Positions 41,664 through 53,671 of a stretch of DNA of 64,000 nucleotides are shown piece by piece. Numbering within the stretch: position 1 is the stretch's first letter; each line of letters opens with the position of its first letter. Source of the DNA: Candidatus Hydrogenedentota bacterium (GTDB lineage: Bacteria > Hydrogenedentota > Hydrogenedentia > Hydrogenedentales > SLHB01). The DNA lies in assembly GCA_963668025.2 (NCBI GenBank), contig CAXXTH010000017.1, positions 832,001 to 896,000 on the forward strand, given 5' to 3'. The notes below the pieces were generated by a model. The model worked only from the letters and a program-made list of their open reading frames with translations, was not told the DNA's origin and did no database searches. A program made the translations under genes and the position numbers.

Positions 41664-42053
41664 TCATTCCTCACCGCTGTTTGGCTGTTTTTCCCGGATA
41701 AGCACCCGTACAATCTGCACCATTTGTACGATGAACAACCCGGCAAGCGCTCCATACAGCCCGCGAAGCGAGGTTCTATCGAGCCGCAACGCCCACACCA
41801 GCGCCATAGCATACACGCAAAGCCGGGCCAGCGTCCACGGAGGCCGAAGCGTGCGCAAGGCATCGCGTCCGGCGCGGGCAAGTTTCTCCATACGAAAGGA
41901 AAGGAACCAGAACGGTATGATTCCGCCCATGCCCCCCAATAAGACGCCTTCAGCGGCGGCGCGGCCCCAGCACAACGCAACGGCGGCCCCCATGCCCATC
42001 AACAGCAAAGAGAACAGCACGGTAAAGCGGCGGAACTGCCTTAATTCTTCCAT
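41664..42053 (-). CDS. ATP synthase subunit I / AtpR-like membrane protein
   Basis: Four-TM protein 'GVLLGGMGG...ARLCVYAMAL...GALAGL', overlapping the atpZ-like gene. Confidence 0.6.
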   Translation of the reverse strand: MEELRQFRRFTVLFSLLLMGMGAAVALCWGRAAAEGVLLGGMGGIIPFWFLSFRMEKLARAGRDALRTLRPPWTLARLCVYAMALVWALRLDRTSLRGLYGALAGLFIVQMVQIVRVLIREKQPNSGEE

Positions 42054-42334
42054 GTAGCCGCTTTCATCAAAACGCGATAGGCTTCATACCCCCCGCACGC
42101 CAAGCCAAGCAGCACGCCGAGCACCAGAAACACGGCCGTCGTGCCCAGTTTTTCATCGAGGTATTGGCCCAGCCATACCCCCGCCACGATGGGCAGCGCG
42201 ATGGACATGCCCAACTGGCCCGCCAGCGTGAGAGCCGCCAATGAGGCGGGATTTGGTTTTTCCCGGGAATCCATGATTCTACTCGCGCTCCAAACACTCG
42301 ATTTGACGCTATCACTCCATGCGTCCGGTGTCAA
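42041..42334 (-). CDS. AtpZ/AtpQ-family protein (ATPase gene 1)
   Basis: GQLGMSIALPIVAGVWLGQYLDEKLGT...GVLLGLACG, the G..LD..LGT signature. Real start is probably the internal MDSREK. Confidence 0.8.
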   Translation of the reverse strand: MTPDAWSDSVKSSVWSASRIMDSREKPNPASLAALTLAGQLGMSIALPIVAGVWLGQYLDEKLGTTAVFLVLGVLLGLACGGYEAYRVLMKAATWKN

Positions 42335-42422
42335 ATAGGATTATACCTTCTCAAATACATTGTTTTTCCCACGCTCTCGCGGGATGCAATGACATGCCTC
42401 TCAACAAATGTGTATAAAAAAG

Positions 42423-42457
42423 AAAAAAGGCCCAAGCACACCACATTCTTGGGCCTT
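42423..42457 (-). terminator. Rho-independent terminator
   Basis: AAGGCCCAAG...CTTGGGCCTT stem followed by a U-run on the minus strand, downstream of the 42490..43371 gene. Confidence 0.65.
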
Positions 42458-42489
42458 ATGGAAGCAAAAATTTTTCGAGTTTATTCGGT

Positions 42490-43371
42490 TTAGCTTGTTT
42501 CCTTAAACCGCTTGATATACGCCATTCCCAATACGCCCGCCAATATCAGCAATCCCGCCGGTATGATCAAGCCAAAGGCGCTTATGGCAGGGACGGCGCT
42601 CGCAGGATCTTCCGCAAATGCAACAAGCGAGTGGCAATACCGGTTCACGGTGTCATCCGTCCACCCCATGGCAGTCTCACCCGCGGCGCCTGCTGCTTTT
42701 GTGCTGCCTGCGCTCAAGCTGCTCACGGCGGCAATATTCCACCGTTGTACATTGCCCGTGGCAGGATCCGGGGCATACACCGTCGCCTGGTTCCCCGTGC
42801 TGATGATGTCCACAATCCAGGCATTGTCGGAAACGGTCGTGATGCTGTTTGTAATCGTCGTGGGTACGCTGCCATTCAAACTAAATGATGCGGAAGCCTC
42901 CGGCGCTTGTTGTTTCACACCCGTCAACGACACGGCGCCCGCCGTGATATCTTCTGCTTTGGCATCCAGATTCACCACCACATCATACGCGCCGCCAGCA
43001 GGAAGATCTGCTTCCAGCATATAAAACATTTCTGTCATTAGCTTGTATCCAGTGCCTGTTTCGATGCCTGTATTCGGAACTTCCGTCATCGCGACACCGT
43101 TGTAGGTGACACTGGCGATACTGGGCATTACAGCGTCCACACTTGTATCCACTTGGGTTTGCTCGACCTGCACACCCACCACCAACGCGCGCCCCGAACC
43201 GCCAGTGATGGTGTGCGAGAACGTAAGGATATCTTGATCTCGCCCGTTGGAAGCCGTGCCCACTTGTGCCGATGAAGCATTGTCAAATTCAATTGCTGCT
43301 TCCGCATTCGAAATCATGAAGAACATCGCTATCAAGATTAGTGTCGTAGCAAACAAGACTTTGCTGCTCAT
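42490..43371 (-). CDS. Secreted/surface protein with IPTL-CTERM-like sorting signal
   Basis: Signal peptide (AEA-A), Ser/Thr/Ala-rich beta domain, C-terminal VPAISAFGL + TM + basic tail (KRFK). Confidence 0.7.
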   Translation of the reverse strand: MSSKVLFATTLILIAMFFMISNAEAAIEFDNASSAQVGTASNGRDQDILTFSHTITGGSGRALVVGVQVEQTQVDTSVDAVMPSIASVTYNGVAMTEVPNTGIETGTGYKLMTEMFYMLEADLPAGGAYDVVVNLDAKAEDITAGAVSLTGVKQQAPEASASFSLNGSVPTTITNSITTVSDNAWIVDIISTGNQATVYAPDPATGNVQRWNIAAVSSLSAGSTKAAGAAGETAMGWTDDTVNRYCHSLVAFAEDPASAVPAISAFGLIIPAGLLILAGVLGMAYIKRFKETS

Positions 43372-43717
43372 TGCTTTTCCTCCTTAATAACTTGCCCTTT
43401 GCCCCTGTACGTTTCTCCCTGTTCACAACACACATTGTTAAGCAGCTCAACGGCGAAAAGAATGTGCTCTCCTAGCTATTTTCATAAAATACACTAAATA
43501 TATATTTTTCATTATTTGCGTTTAAGATACCACAAGAAATCGATTTTGGCAATCAAAAAATGCATCAAGAAATGCGAAAGAAATGCGAAAGAAAAGTGAT
43601 ATTCTGCATTACTAACGGGCAAAATCTTGTTTTCTGGCAAGGATATTTTGTGTAAGTCAAATCAAATAAAGTTGTTATAGCATACGATTTTTCATGATAT
43701 TTTGGCTGGCTCTTCTT

Positions 43718-43835
43718 TTGAATGGGGGCCAACCCCACCCTACCGCTATAAACTTTAGTGTATTTCGTGGTTGAAATCCGGATCTTTGGTTGCGGCTTTG
43801 CCGCGCTAGGTTCTTCGCGCCTTGTGCGTTGAAAT
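43718..43835. repeat. Composite cluster of short repeats
   Basis: Degenerate family-B REP (43718-43743), CTTTAGTGTATTTCGTGGTTGAAAT, hairpin GCGGCTTTGCCGC, and TTCTTCGCGCCTTGTGCGTTGAAAT (related to the 18942/19081 arms). Confidence 0.55.
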
Positions 43836-44157
43836 GACTCCACTGCACCAAGCGGGTGAACCTGCGCATTCCATGTAACACGGCAATGATGCCTGCTTTC
43901 ATGGGTTAATGCGCCTTTTTGCCAGAAGGGGATGGGCCTTGCCCAGCGATTAGGGCGAAAAACAACAGCGCTTGCATGTTTTCCATGTGCTCGTATACGA
44001 TAGGGGTGCAGTGCAGGGGATGCATTCAAAAACATCTATTGGGCGCGCGTAACCGTTTTCGCCCGCCGATTTCACCTACTGAAAAGAGGTGCAATCCCAT
44101 CTTTGCGGACGCACGGTACACGAATCGCTGCACTATCCAGCAGAAGAAAGGGATATC

Positions 44158-46875
44158 TTGGCCTATCGGCTCTATCTTATTGATGGCAGCGCATTCGCGT
44201 ACCGGTCATTCTTCGCCATTCGCGGGCTCACGAATTCGAAAGGCGAACCCACTAACGCGGCATTTGGCTTTGCTCGAGTGCTGTTACGCATCCTGCGCGA
44301 GGAAGACCCCAGCCATGTGGCCGTCGTATTCGACGCGCCTGGCGGAACGTTCCGGGATGGCTGGTACCCCGAATACAAGGCCACGCGGCCTAAGACACCG
44401 GAAGAACTCGTCGTGCAAATGCCCATGCTCGACGCCTTAGTCGAAGCTTTCAACTTGCCTATGCTGCGAGTGCCCGGCGTCGAAGCCGATGATGTCATGG
44501 GCACATTGGCGGCGCAAGCGGCCCAAGCAGGCATGGAAACCGTCCTTGTGACGGGCGATAAGGATCTCCTCCAACTCGTTACCAGCGCCACGCGGGTCTA
44601 TGATCCGAATAAGGGCGATTCAGGCGCATGGTATGGCCCGGCGGAAGTGAAAGAACGTTTCGGCGTGGGGCCAGAACATGTGATCGACGCCCTCGGCCTC
44701 ATGGGCGATACGGCGGACAATATCCCCGGCGTGAAGGGCATCGGCGAAAAAACGGCCTTCAAGCTCCTCGAACAATACGGCTCCATCGAAGGCGTCTACG
44801 AACACCTCGATGAAATCAAAGGTAAAGTGCGCGAACGCCTCGAAGCGGACCGCGACATGGCTTTTCTCAGCCGCAAACTGGCCACTATCGTGACGGATAT
44901 CCCTCTTGAACTCGGCGTCGCGGACCTCGCGCGCCGGCCATTTGACCGCCAGCGCATGGCGGACATATTCGCCCGCCTCGAATTTCAATCGCTCCTGGAA
45001 GAATTCACACCCGACGCCGTGGAGACGGAAACGCTCGATTACCGCCTGATCATGACGGAAAAGGAACTCGATGCGGCCATCGTGGAGATGCGCGACGCGG
45101 GCGAATTCTCGGTCGATACGGAAACGACTTCGACGGAGCCTATGCGGGCTCGCCTCGTGGGAATCTCGTTAAGCTGCAAAGCTCAAACCGGCTATTATAT
45201 CCCCGTGGGGCATATTCACCCTTCGGACAGCCTTCTTGATATGGGGAACTCCGAAGCAGATGGGCCATCGCCTTCAGACCAATTGTCGCTGCCGCTGATC
45301 ATAAAAAAACTGGGGCCTTTGCTTGCGGACGCCTCGATTGGAAAAATCGGCCATAACATTAAGTACGACTTGATTGTGCTCGAACGGGCGGGTTTGCCGG
45401 TCCAAGGCGTCATCTTTGACACCATGGTTGCTTCCTATTTGACAGACCCCTCCCGTTTGAGGCATAATTTGAACGAAGTAAGCCTCCACTACCTCAAGCG
45501 TAAGACCATCCCCATATCCGATTTAATCGGAACGGGAGCAAAAGCTATCACCTTCGACCGTGTTCCCATCGCTCGAGCGTGTGAGTATGCATCCGAGGAC
45601 GCGGATATAGCGTGGCGGCTGGCGGCAGCATTAAGGCCGTTCTTACGTGAGCGCGGGTTGTATAGCCTCTTCGAGCAGGTCGAGTTGCCGCTCATAGGCG
45701 TGCTGGCGCGTATGGAAAAGGCCGGGATCGCCATTGATAGCAGTTTATTTGGCGCGCTCCGGCTCGAGGTGGAGAAACGTCTTGCTTCCCTTGGGGAAAG
45801 AATAATTGAAGCAGCCGGCGAATCGTTTCAAATAAACTCGCCCAAACAACTACAACACATCCTGTTTGACAAGCTCGGGCTGAAGCCCTTGCGCAAGACT
45901 AAAACAGGATACTCGACGGACATGGATGTCCTGGAGGAATTAGCGCTCGAACACCCGCTTCCTGCTCTCGTATTGGAATATCGGACACTCGAAAAACTGC
46001 GCGGAACGTATATTGACGCACTGCCCAAGCTCGTGAATCCAGAGACTGGCCGTATTCATACCTCGTTCAACCAAGCAGTGGCGGCCACCGGAAGGTTATC
46101 GAGCAGCGACCCGAATCTGCAGAACATTCCCGTGCGCACCGATATCGGGAAGCGCATCCGGCAAGGTTTCATTGCTCGAACGGGCGGCTGGAAATTGATT
46201 TCCGCCGACTACTCGCAAATTGAATTACGCATCCTGGCCCATTTATCGGGCGACGCCGCTTTGCGCGAGGCATTCCAGCAGGACGAAGATGTCCACCGCG
46301 ATACGGCCGCCCGCATTTTTGGCGTTCCGCCCGAACAGGTCACACCGGACATGCGCCGCCAAGCCAAAGCTGTAAATTTCGGCGTCGTTTATGGCATCAG
46401 CGCGTTTGGGCTCGCTAAAAACTTGGGCATATCAAATAAAGAAGCCGCGGATTTTATCGAACACTACTTCGCCCAATATCCAGCGGTGCAAACGTGGATC
46501 GACGCCACCATCGTTCAGGCGAAACAGGATGGATATGTGACGACGCTATTGAACCGGCGGCGGTATGTGCCGGAACTCGATGCATCGAACATGGCGGTGC
46601 GGCGCGGTGCGGAGCGGGTGGCTATCAACACCCCCGTGCAAGGCAGCGCGGCGGACATCATCAAGCTGGCCATGGTCCGGCTCGATGAAGCCATCGAGAG
46701 CACGCGGGCGCAACTACTGCTCCAAGTACATGACGAATTGCTGGTGGAAGCGCCCGAAGACGAAGCAGAGGAGACCGCCGCCCTCATGCGCGAACGCATG
46801 GAAACGGCGTTTAGCCTGGATGTGCCGTTAAAAGTCGATGTGGGCATCGGCGGCCATTGGGCGGAAATTCATTAA
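44158..46875 (+). CDS. polA: DNA polymerase I
   Basis: 5'-3' exonuclease (LIDGSAFAYR, EADD), 3'-5' exonuclease (DTET, HNIKYD), ATGRLSSSDPNLQNIP, ADYSQIELR, QVHDEL. TTG start after GAAAGGG. Confidence 0.97.
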   Translation: MAYRLYLIDGSAFAYRSFFAIRGLTNSKGEPTNAAFGFARVLLRILREEDPSHVAVVFDAPGGTFRDGWYPEYKATRPKTPEELVVQMPMLDALVEAFNLPMLRVPGVEADDVMGTLAAQAAQAGMETVLVTGDKDLLQLVTSATRVYDPNKGDSGAWYGPAEVKERFGVGPEHVIDALGLMGDTADNIPGVKGIGEKTAFKLLEQYGSIEGVYEHLDEIKGKVRERLEADRDMAFLSRKLATIVTDIPLELGVADLARRPFDRQRMADIFARLEFQSLLEEFTPDAVETETLDYRLIMTEKELDAAIVEMRDAGEFSVDTETTSTEPMRARLVGISLSCKAQTGYYIPVGHIHPSDSLLDMGNSEADGPSPSDQLSLPLIIKKLGPLLADASIGKIGHNIKYDLIVLERAGLPVQGVIFDTMVASYLTDPSRLRHNLNEVSLHYLKRKTIPISDLIGTGAKAITFDRVPIARACEYASEDADIAWRLAAALRPFLRERGLYSLFEQVELPLIGVLARMEKAGIAIDSSLFGALRLEVEKRLASLGERIIEAAGESFQINSPKQLQHILFDKLGLKPLRKTKTGYSTDMDVLEELALEHPLPALVLEYRTLEKLRGTYIDALPKLVNPETGRIHTSFNQAVAATGRLSSSDPNLQNIPVRTDIGKRIRQGFIARTGGWKLISADYSQIELRILAHLSGDAALREAFQQDEDVHRDTAARIFGVPPEQVTPDMRRQAKAVNFGVVYGISAFGLAKNLGISNKEAADFIEHYFAQYPAVQTWIDATIVQAKQDGYVTTLLNRRRYVPELDASNMAVRRGAERVAINTPVQGSAADIIKLAMVRLDEAIESTRAQLLLQVHDELLVEAPEDEAEETAALMRERMETAFSLDVPLKVDVGIGGHWAEIH

Positions 46876-47007
46876 TATAAGATGCCTCGTGAAATGTAAA
46901 TGCTGGCCCTTGTTATCTGTACATAATAGTTTCGGCTTAAACGCTTTGCGCGCTATGTTGGACGCGGGCAAGGTTTCCCCGAAAGCAAAGAATCGAAAGG
47001 ATTATGA

Positions 47008-48510
47008 ATGTCCGAGCACAACGAAAACGGCAAACCCCAGCCGAAACCGCGCACCCGTGTTGCGCGGCCTTCGGGCAACGGCGGACGCACTACAACCCGC
47101 AACTATCGGGGCCGCCCGGCGGCGAGCAGCAGGACCCAAGCTCCTGTTTCGGAAAGTGCGGCGCCTATCGAGCAGCCTAAAGCCACGGAGACCGCTGTCA
47201 TAAATGCCAGCGAGGGCGAAAAACCGAACGGCGGCCAGCCCGTATCTCCAGCGCCTGAGATCTCCATCGGCGCTCTCAAGCGGATGACCATGACCGAGCT
47301 GACCAATGCGGCCCGCGAGCTAAATATCGAGAACTACAGCGGCCTCAAAAAACAAGATTTGATCTTCAAAATCCTCCAGTCGAGCATCGAGTCTTCCGGA
47401 GCCCTCTACGGCGAAGGCACCCTCGAGATCCTGCCGGATGGATTCGGGTTCTTGCGCTCGGTGGACTACTCGTACCTGCCGGGGCCAGACGATATTTATG
47501 TGTCGCCTTCGCAGATTCGTAAATTCGGATTGCGCACAGGCGACTCCATCCAAGGCCATGTGCGCCCGCCGAAAGAAGGCGAACGTTATTTCGCCTTGCT
47601 GAAAGTCGAGGCCATCAATTTCGAGAGCCCCGAGATGGCCCGCGAGCGCATCCTCTTCGACAACCTGACGCCCATCCATCCGAATGAGCGATTGCATCTC
47701 GAAACCACGCAAAAAGAGATCGCCATGCGCGTCATGGACCTCATTTCGCCCATCGGCAAGGGCCAGCGCGGCCTTATCGTGGCGGCTCCCTTCACCGGCA
47801 AAACAGTGCTCCTGCAAAAGATCGCCAATAGCATCACGCAGAACCACCCGGAAGCCTATGTCATGGTGCTGCTCATCGACGAGCGCCCGGAAGAAGTGAC
47901 CGACATGGCCCGCTCGGTGAAAGGCGAGGTCATCGCCTCGACCTTCGACGAACCGCCCGAGCGCCACGTGCAAGTCGCTGAAATGGTCCTCGAGAAGGCC
48001 CGCCGCCTCACCGAGCACAAGCGCGACGTGGTGATCCTCCTCGACTCGATCACGCGCCTCGCCCGCGCGTATAACACCATCGTTCCATCGAGCGGCAAGG
48101 TGCTCTCGGGCGGCGTGGACGCCAACGCCCTCCAGCGGCCCAAGCGCTTCTTCGGCGCGGCCCGCAATATGGAGGAAGGCGGCAGCCTCACCATTCTCGC
48201 CACGGCCCTCATCGAGACGGGCAGCCGCATGGACGACGTGATCTTCGAAGAATTCAAAGGCACGGGCAACATGGAGATCCACCTGGACCGCCGCCTAATG
48301 GAGAAACGCATCTTCCCCGCCATCGACGTGCTCAAGAGCCGCACGCGCAAGGAAGAGCTGCTGGTCCAGGCCGACGAACTCGAACGCATCTGGCTCATGC
48401 TCAAAGTCCTCGGCGGCCTCAGCGCCCTGGAAGCCACGGAACTATTGGTCGAACGCCTGAAAAAATCCAAGACCAACGCCGAGTTCCTAGCCACGATGCA
48501 GAAGATGTAG
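47008..48510 (+). CDS. rho: Transcription termination factor Rho
   Basis: [48 protein letters not shown], plus a low-complexity N-terminal extension. Confidence 0.97.
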   Translation: MSEHNENGKPQPKPRTRVARPSGNGGRTTTRNYRGRPAASSRTQAPVSESAAPIEQPKATETAVINASEGEKPNGGQPVSPAPEISIGALKRMTMTELTNAARELNIENYSGLKKQDLIFKILQSSIESSGALYGEGTLEILPDGFGFLRSVDYSYLPGPDDIYVSPSQIRKFGLRTGDSIQGHVRPPKEGERYFALLKVEAINFESPEMARERILFDNLTPIHPNERLHLETTQKEIAMRVMDLISPIGKGQRGLIVAAPFTGKTVLLQKIANSITQNHPEAYVMVLLIDERPEEVTDMARSVKGEVIASTFDEPPERHVQVAEMVLEKARRLTEHKRDVVILLDSITRLARAYNTIVPSSGKVLSGGVDANALQRPKRFFGAARNMEEGGSLTILATALIETGSRMDDVIFEEFKGTGNMEIHLDRRLMEKRIFPAIDVLKSRTRKEELLVQADELERIWLMLKVLGGLSALEATELLVERLKKSKTNAEFLATMQKM

Positions 48511-48537
48511 GCGCGTTCCGTATTAGGGAGCCTGTGA

Positions 48538-50196
48538 ATGGACATTAATGTCAGCATTGTCGATCAGCGCCTGGCGGGCCTGATGGATGAGTATGCCGCT
48601 TCCCTGCCCGGAGAAGGAGATCTAGTTAAGCGCAAATCAGCGGCGTTTGTATTGCTCAGCATGGCCTCCATGCTGGATATACCGCTGGATGAAGCGCTGG
48701 AGCTCTTGACGGAGGGAGGCGGCGATGCGGGTGTGGACGGTCTTCATATTGGTGAAGTGCTGAACGATGAATTTGCCGTGACATTGTTTCAAGGCAAATA
48801 CAAGCAAGATCTGAGCGGCGAGGGCAATTTTCCGGAAAACGACATACGCAAGATGATCAATACGGTTTCCGTGCTGTTTGATCCCCAAAAAGTCGTGGAG
48901 CTGAATCCAAAACTAGCCCCAAGAATCGAGGAGATCCGTTCGCTGGTTCGGGATGGATACATCCCCAACCTCCGGGTTGTGTTTTGCAACAACGGAAAGC
49001 CCTGGACTAGCCAGGCCCAGGCATGGATAAACCAATCAGGACTCGATCCGCAACAGGTGGAGTGGGTTCATTGGAACCATGATTCCATCGTCTCGGTCAT
49101 GCGAAAAAAGAAGGCGGTGGCCCACACCCTTCGGTTGACCGGGAAAGCGCTCGTCGAGGATTTCAATTTTCGGCGGGTGCTTGTTGGGAAAACACCAGTA
49201 ACGGAAATCGCCGACTTATTCCGGGAGCACGGGGATTTATTGCTGGAACGCAATATTCGCCGGTACCTGGGCCTTCGCGCCAACCGGGTCAATTTTGATA
49301 TCCATAGAACCTTACGAGATCCCAAACAGCGAGAGAATTTTTACTTCTACAACAATGGCATCACCATCATCTGCAAGAAATTCCGGCATAACGCCCTGCA
49401 AGGGGAAAACTACCAAGTCGTACTCGAGGACATGCAGATCATCAATGGCGGGCAAACGTGCAGGACTATCCAGCAAACTCTCGCTGATCCAGAATTGTTT
49501 GATCAATTCGACCAGGTGTATGTGCTGGTGCGTATCTACGAGTTGTCCGATGATGACCGTTCTTTTGTTCAAGCTATAACCTATGCTACCAATAGCCAAA
49601 ATCCCGTTGAACTGCGGGATCTGCGCTCGAACGACGAGATCCAAGTCCAGTTGGAATTGGGCATGAAGGAACTAGGATATACCTACAAGCGGCAGCGCGA
49701 TGATTCTGTAACGGGCGACAAGGTGATCACTAGTTCGGCGGTGGCGGAGAGCGTGCTGGCGATCTGGCGACATCTTCCTCATCAGGCCCGGCACCGGCGT
49801 AAGGAGCATTTCGGCGCTTACTACAATATGATTTTTAGGGACCTGAACGCCGCCCAAGCCGTGCTTGCGGTGTTGATCATGCGGTATGTTGAAAATGAAC
49901 GCAAAAGGCCTGCAATGACGAATCCGCCTCGCTTTCTCCCATATGCGTCGCACTATATTGCGATGTTAATAGGTATTTTTCTTACACAAAGTGAATCTCT
50001 GGAAATCACACATAGGAATTTTGGTGAATTAGTGCAATCATTCAACCAAAAAGTAGATGATGTCTATTTGAACGCTATTGCGCTCCTCGATAGGGCCATG
50101 GGGGCTTTATATGGGGATAGGCAAGTATCGTTACAGCAATTATCAGCTACCTTTCGCCGTGGAGATCTGTTATCTTTTGTGTTGAAGCCGCAATAA
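48538..50196 (+). CDS. AIPR-family (abortive infection phage resistance) protein
   Basis: GGGDAGVDG...FQGKY; [11 protein letters not shown]; [10 protein letters not shown]; QIINGGQT; [14 protein letters not shown]. Confidence 0.88.
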   Translation: MDINVSIVDQRLAGLMDEYAASLPGEGDLVKRKSAAFVLLSMASMLDIPLDEALELLTEGGGDAGVDGLHIGEVLNDEFAVTLFQGKYKQDLSGEGNFPENDIRKMINTVSVLFDPQKVVELNPKLAPRIEEIRSLVRDGYIPNLRVVFCNNGKPWTSQAQAWINQSGLDPQQVEWVHWNHDSIVSVMRKKKAVAHTLRLTGKALVEDFNFRRVLVGKTPVTEIADLFREHGDLLLERNIRRYLGLRANRVNFDIHRTLRDPKQRENFYFYNNGITIICKKFRHNALQGENYQVVLEDMQIINGGQTCRTIQQTLADPELFDQFDQVYVLVRIYELSDDDRSFVQAITYATNSQNPVELRDLRSNDEIQVQLELGMKELGYTYKRQRDDSVTGDKVITSSAVAESVLAIWRHLPHQARHRRKEHFGAYYNMIFRDLNAAQAVLAVLIMRYVENERKRPAMTNPPRFLPYASHYIAMLIGIFLTQSESLEITHRNFGELVQSFNQKVDDVYLNAIALLDRAMGALYGDRQVSLQQLSATFRRGDLLSFVLKPQ

Positions 50197-50350
50197 TCCA
50201 ATAGACGTCTTTCTTTCCGCTCGGGTGCAAATCGTAAAGGCAGGAAAGGAAGACTGTTTTTTTGTACTAAAGCCGCGGAAGGAAATGTATACCTTTGCAT
50301 AAATTGTGTTTTTATGATTAAGAATCGATGCGGACATCAGGAGCAATACC

Positions 50351-51553
50351 ATGGAACGACCTTATGATGTAATGGCGGCGGGGCATTTGTGTTTGGATGT
50401 CATTCCACGTTTTCCCGACACGGGCGCGAAGACGATAGGCGATATTATCCGGCCGGGCAAATTAGTCGAGATGGAAGAAGTGAAAATGTGCACCGGCGGG
50501 CCGGTGTCGAATACGGGCATCAACCTGAAAACGCTGGGCTGCAAGCTTATCTACTGCGCACGCATCGGCGATGACGAATTTGGCCGCCTCACGCGGGCCT
50601 TCCTTGAACAAAATGGCAATGCCGGCGGCATTCATGTGGTCCAAGGCAGCGCCAGCTCGTACACCATCGCCCTCGCCCCCCCAGGCATTGACCGCGTTTT
50701 CCTGCACAATCCCGGCACAAACCACGAATTTGGCCCGGAAGACTTGCAGCCGGAACTGATCGCACAATGTCGGCATTTCCATTTCGGCTATCCGCCGCTC
50801 ATGCGGCGTATGTTTGAAAACGACGGCATGAGCCTCCAGCAAATATTTAAAACAGCCAAAGAAGCAGGCGCCACCACCTCGCTCGATATGGCGCTTCCAG
50901 ATCCAGATTCGGCTTCCGGCAAGGCTCCTTGGATGAAGATCCTCGAAAACATTCTGCCTTATGTTGATATTTGCCTGCCTTCCATCGAGGAAGTCTTCTT
51001 CATGCTCGAACCTAAAAGCTTCCTCCGCATGAAAGAAGAAAAGGGCGGTGCGGAACTGATTGATTTCCTTAGCTCCGCGGATTACACACGCCTCGCGGAT
51101 AGGCTTCTCAGCTTGGGCTGCAAAATGACCGCGCTCAAATCGGGCCATCGTGGATTCTACTTTAAAACCAAATCGAAGGATGCGTTCGCGGGCATGGGCG
51201 CGGCAAAACCTGGCGATATGGACGCCTGGAGTGCGCGCGAATTGTGGTGTCCGGCGTTCAACGCCCCCAACCTCGCCAGCGCCACAGGCTCGGGCGATTC
51301 CTCCATCGCGGGATTTATCGCGGCCTTCTTGCGCGGCAATACGCTCGAGACGAGCCTCAAGTACGCCAACATGGTGGGCTGGGAGAACGTGCAGGAACTC
51401 GACGCCATCAGCGGCATCCAAACCTGGGAGCGCACCACGGAGCTGCTTGGTGAGAAGAAGCCCATGAATGAGGTGCATATCAATAACTCCGGCTGGAAAT
51501 GGTCGGATAAATATGAGTTGTGGGCGGCTCCAGGCGATCCGCTCCACGCATAG
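50351..51553 (+). CDS. PfkB-family carbohydrate kinase
   Basis: TGGPVSNTG, RIGDDEFG, ATGSGDSSIAGF. Confidence 0.88.
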   Translation: MERPYDVMAAGHLCLDVIPRFPDTGAKTIGDIIRPGKLVEMEEVKMCTGGPVSNTGINLKTLGCKLIYCARIGDDEFGRLTRAFLEQNGNAGGIHVVQGSASSYTIALAPPGIDRVFLHNPGTNHEFGPEDLQPELIAQCRHFHFGYPPLMRRMFENDGMSLQQIFKTAKEAGATTSLDMALPDPDSASGKAPWMKILENILPYVDICLPSIEEVFFMLEPKSFLRMKEEKGGAELIDFLSSADYTRLADRLLSLGCKMTALKSGHRGFYFKTKSKDAFAGMGAAKPGDMDAWSARELWCPAFNAPNLASATGSGDSSIAGFIAAFLRGNTLETSLKYANMVGWENVQELDAISGIQTWERTTELLGEKKPMNEVHINNSGWKWSDKYELWAAPGDPLHA

Positions 51554-51575
51554 CATCATGTATTTCCCACAGTTG

Positions 51576-51608
51576 GAGAGGCTTTTCTACGGAGAAGCCT
51601 CTCTTTTT
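51576..51608 (+). terminator. Rho-independent terminator, 5' exon of intron copy 2
   Basis: GAGAGGCTTTTC-TACG-GAGAAGCCTCTC: 12-bp stem with a C(UACG)G tetraloop, then TTTTT. Confidence 0.8.
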
Positions 51609-53502
<1,894 letters not shown>

Positions 53503-53552
53503 TGTGAGAGTGGTTCACGATTGGATGCAACAAGCAAATGGATTCCACTCTT

Positions 53553-53604
53553 CCGTAGCATGGCCGTCTCGGCCATGCACATGGGCGGGACGCCCATGCT
53601 ACGG
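53553..53604. repeat. REP doublet (family A)
   Basis: GTAGCATGGCCGTCTCGGCCATG and inverted CATGGGCGGGACGCCCATGCTAC. Confidence 0.75.
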
Positions 53605-53671
53605 CACAAAACCCCGCGCTCGAATCATGCCGGTGGTTTCCGGTAAGATCACCCAACAGGAACGATCTTTC

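Noticed and set aside
50462-51559. Long antisense ORFs (here, and 38751..39896, 47320..48282, 20652..21584)
   Set aside because: Opposite well-supported genes; expected from high GC3 codon bias.
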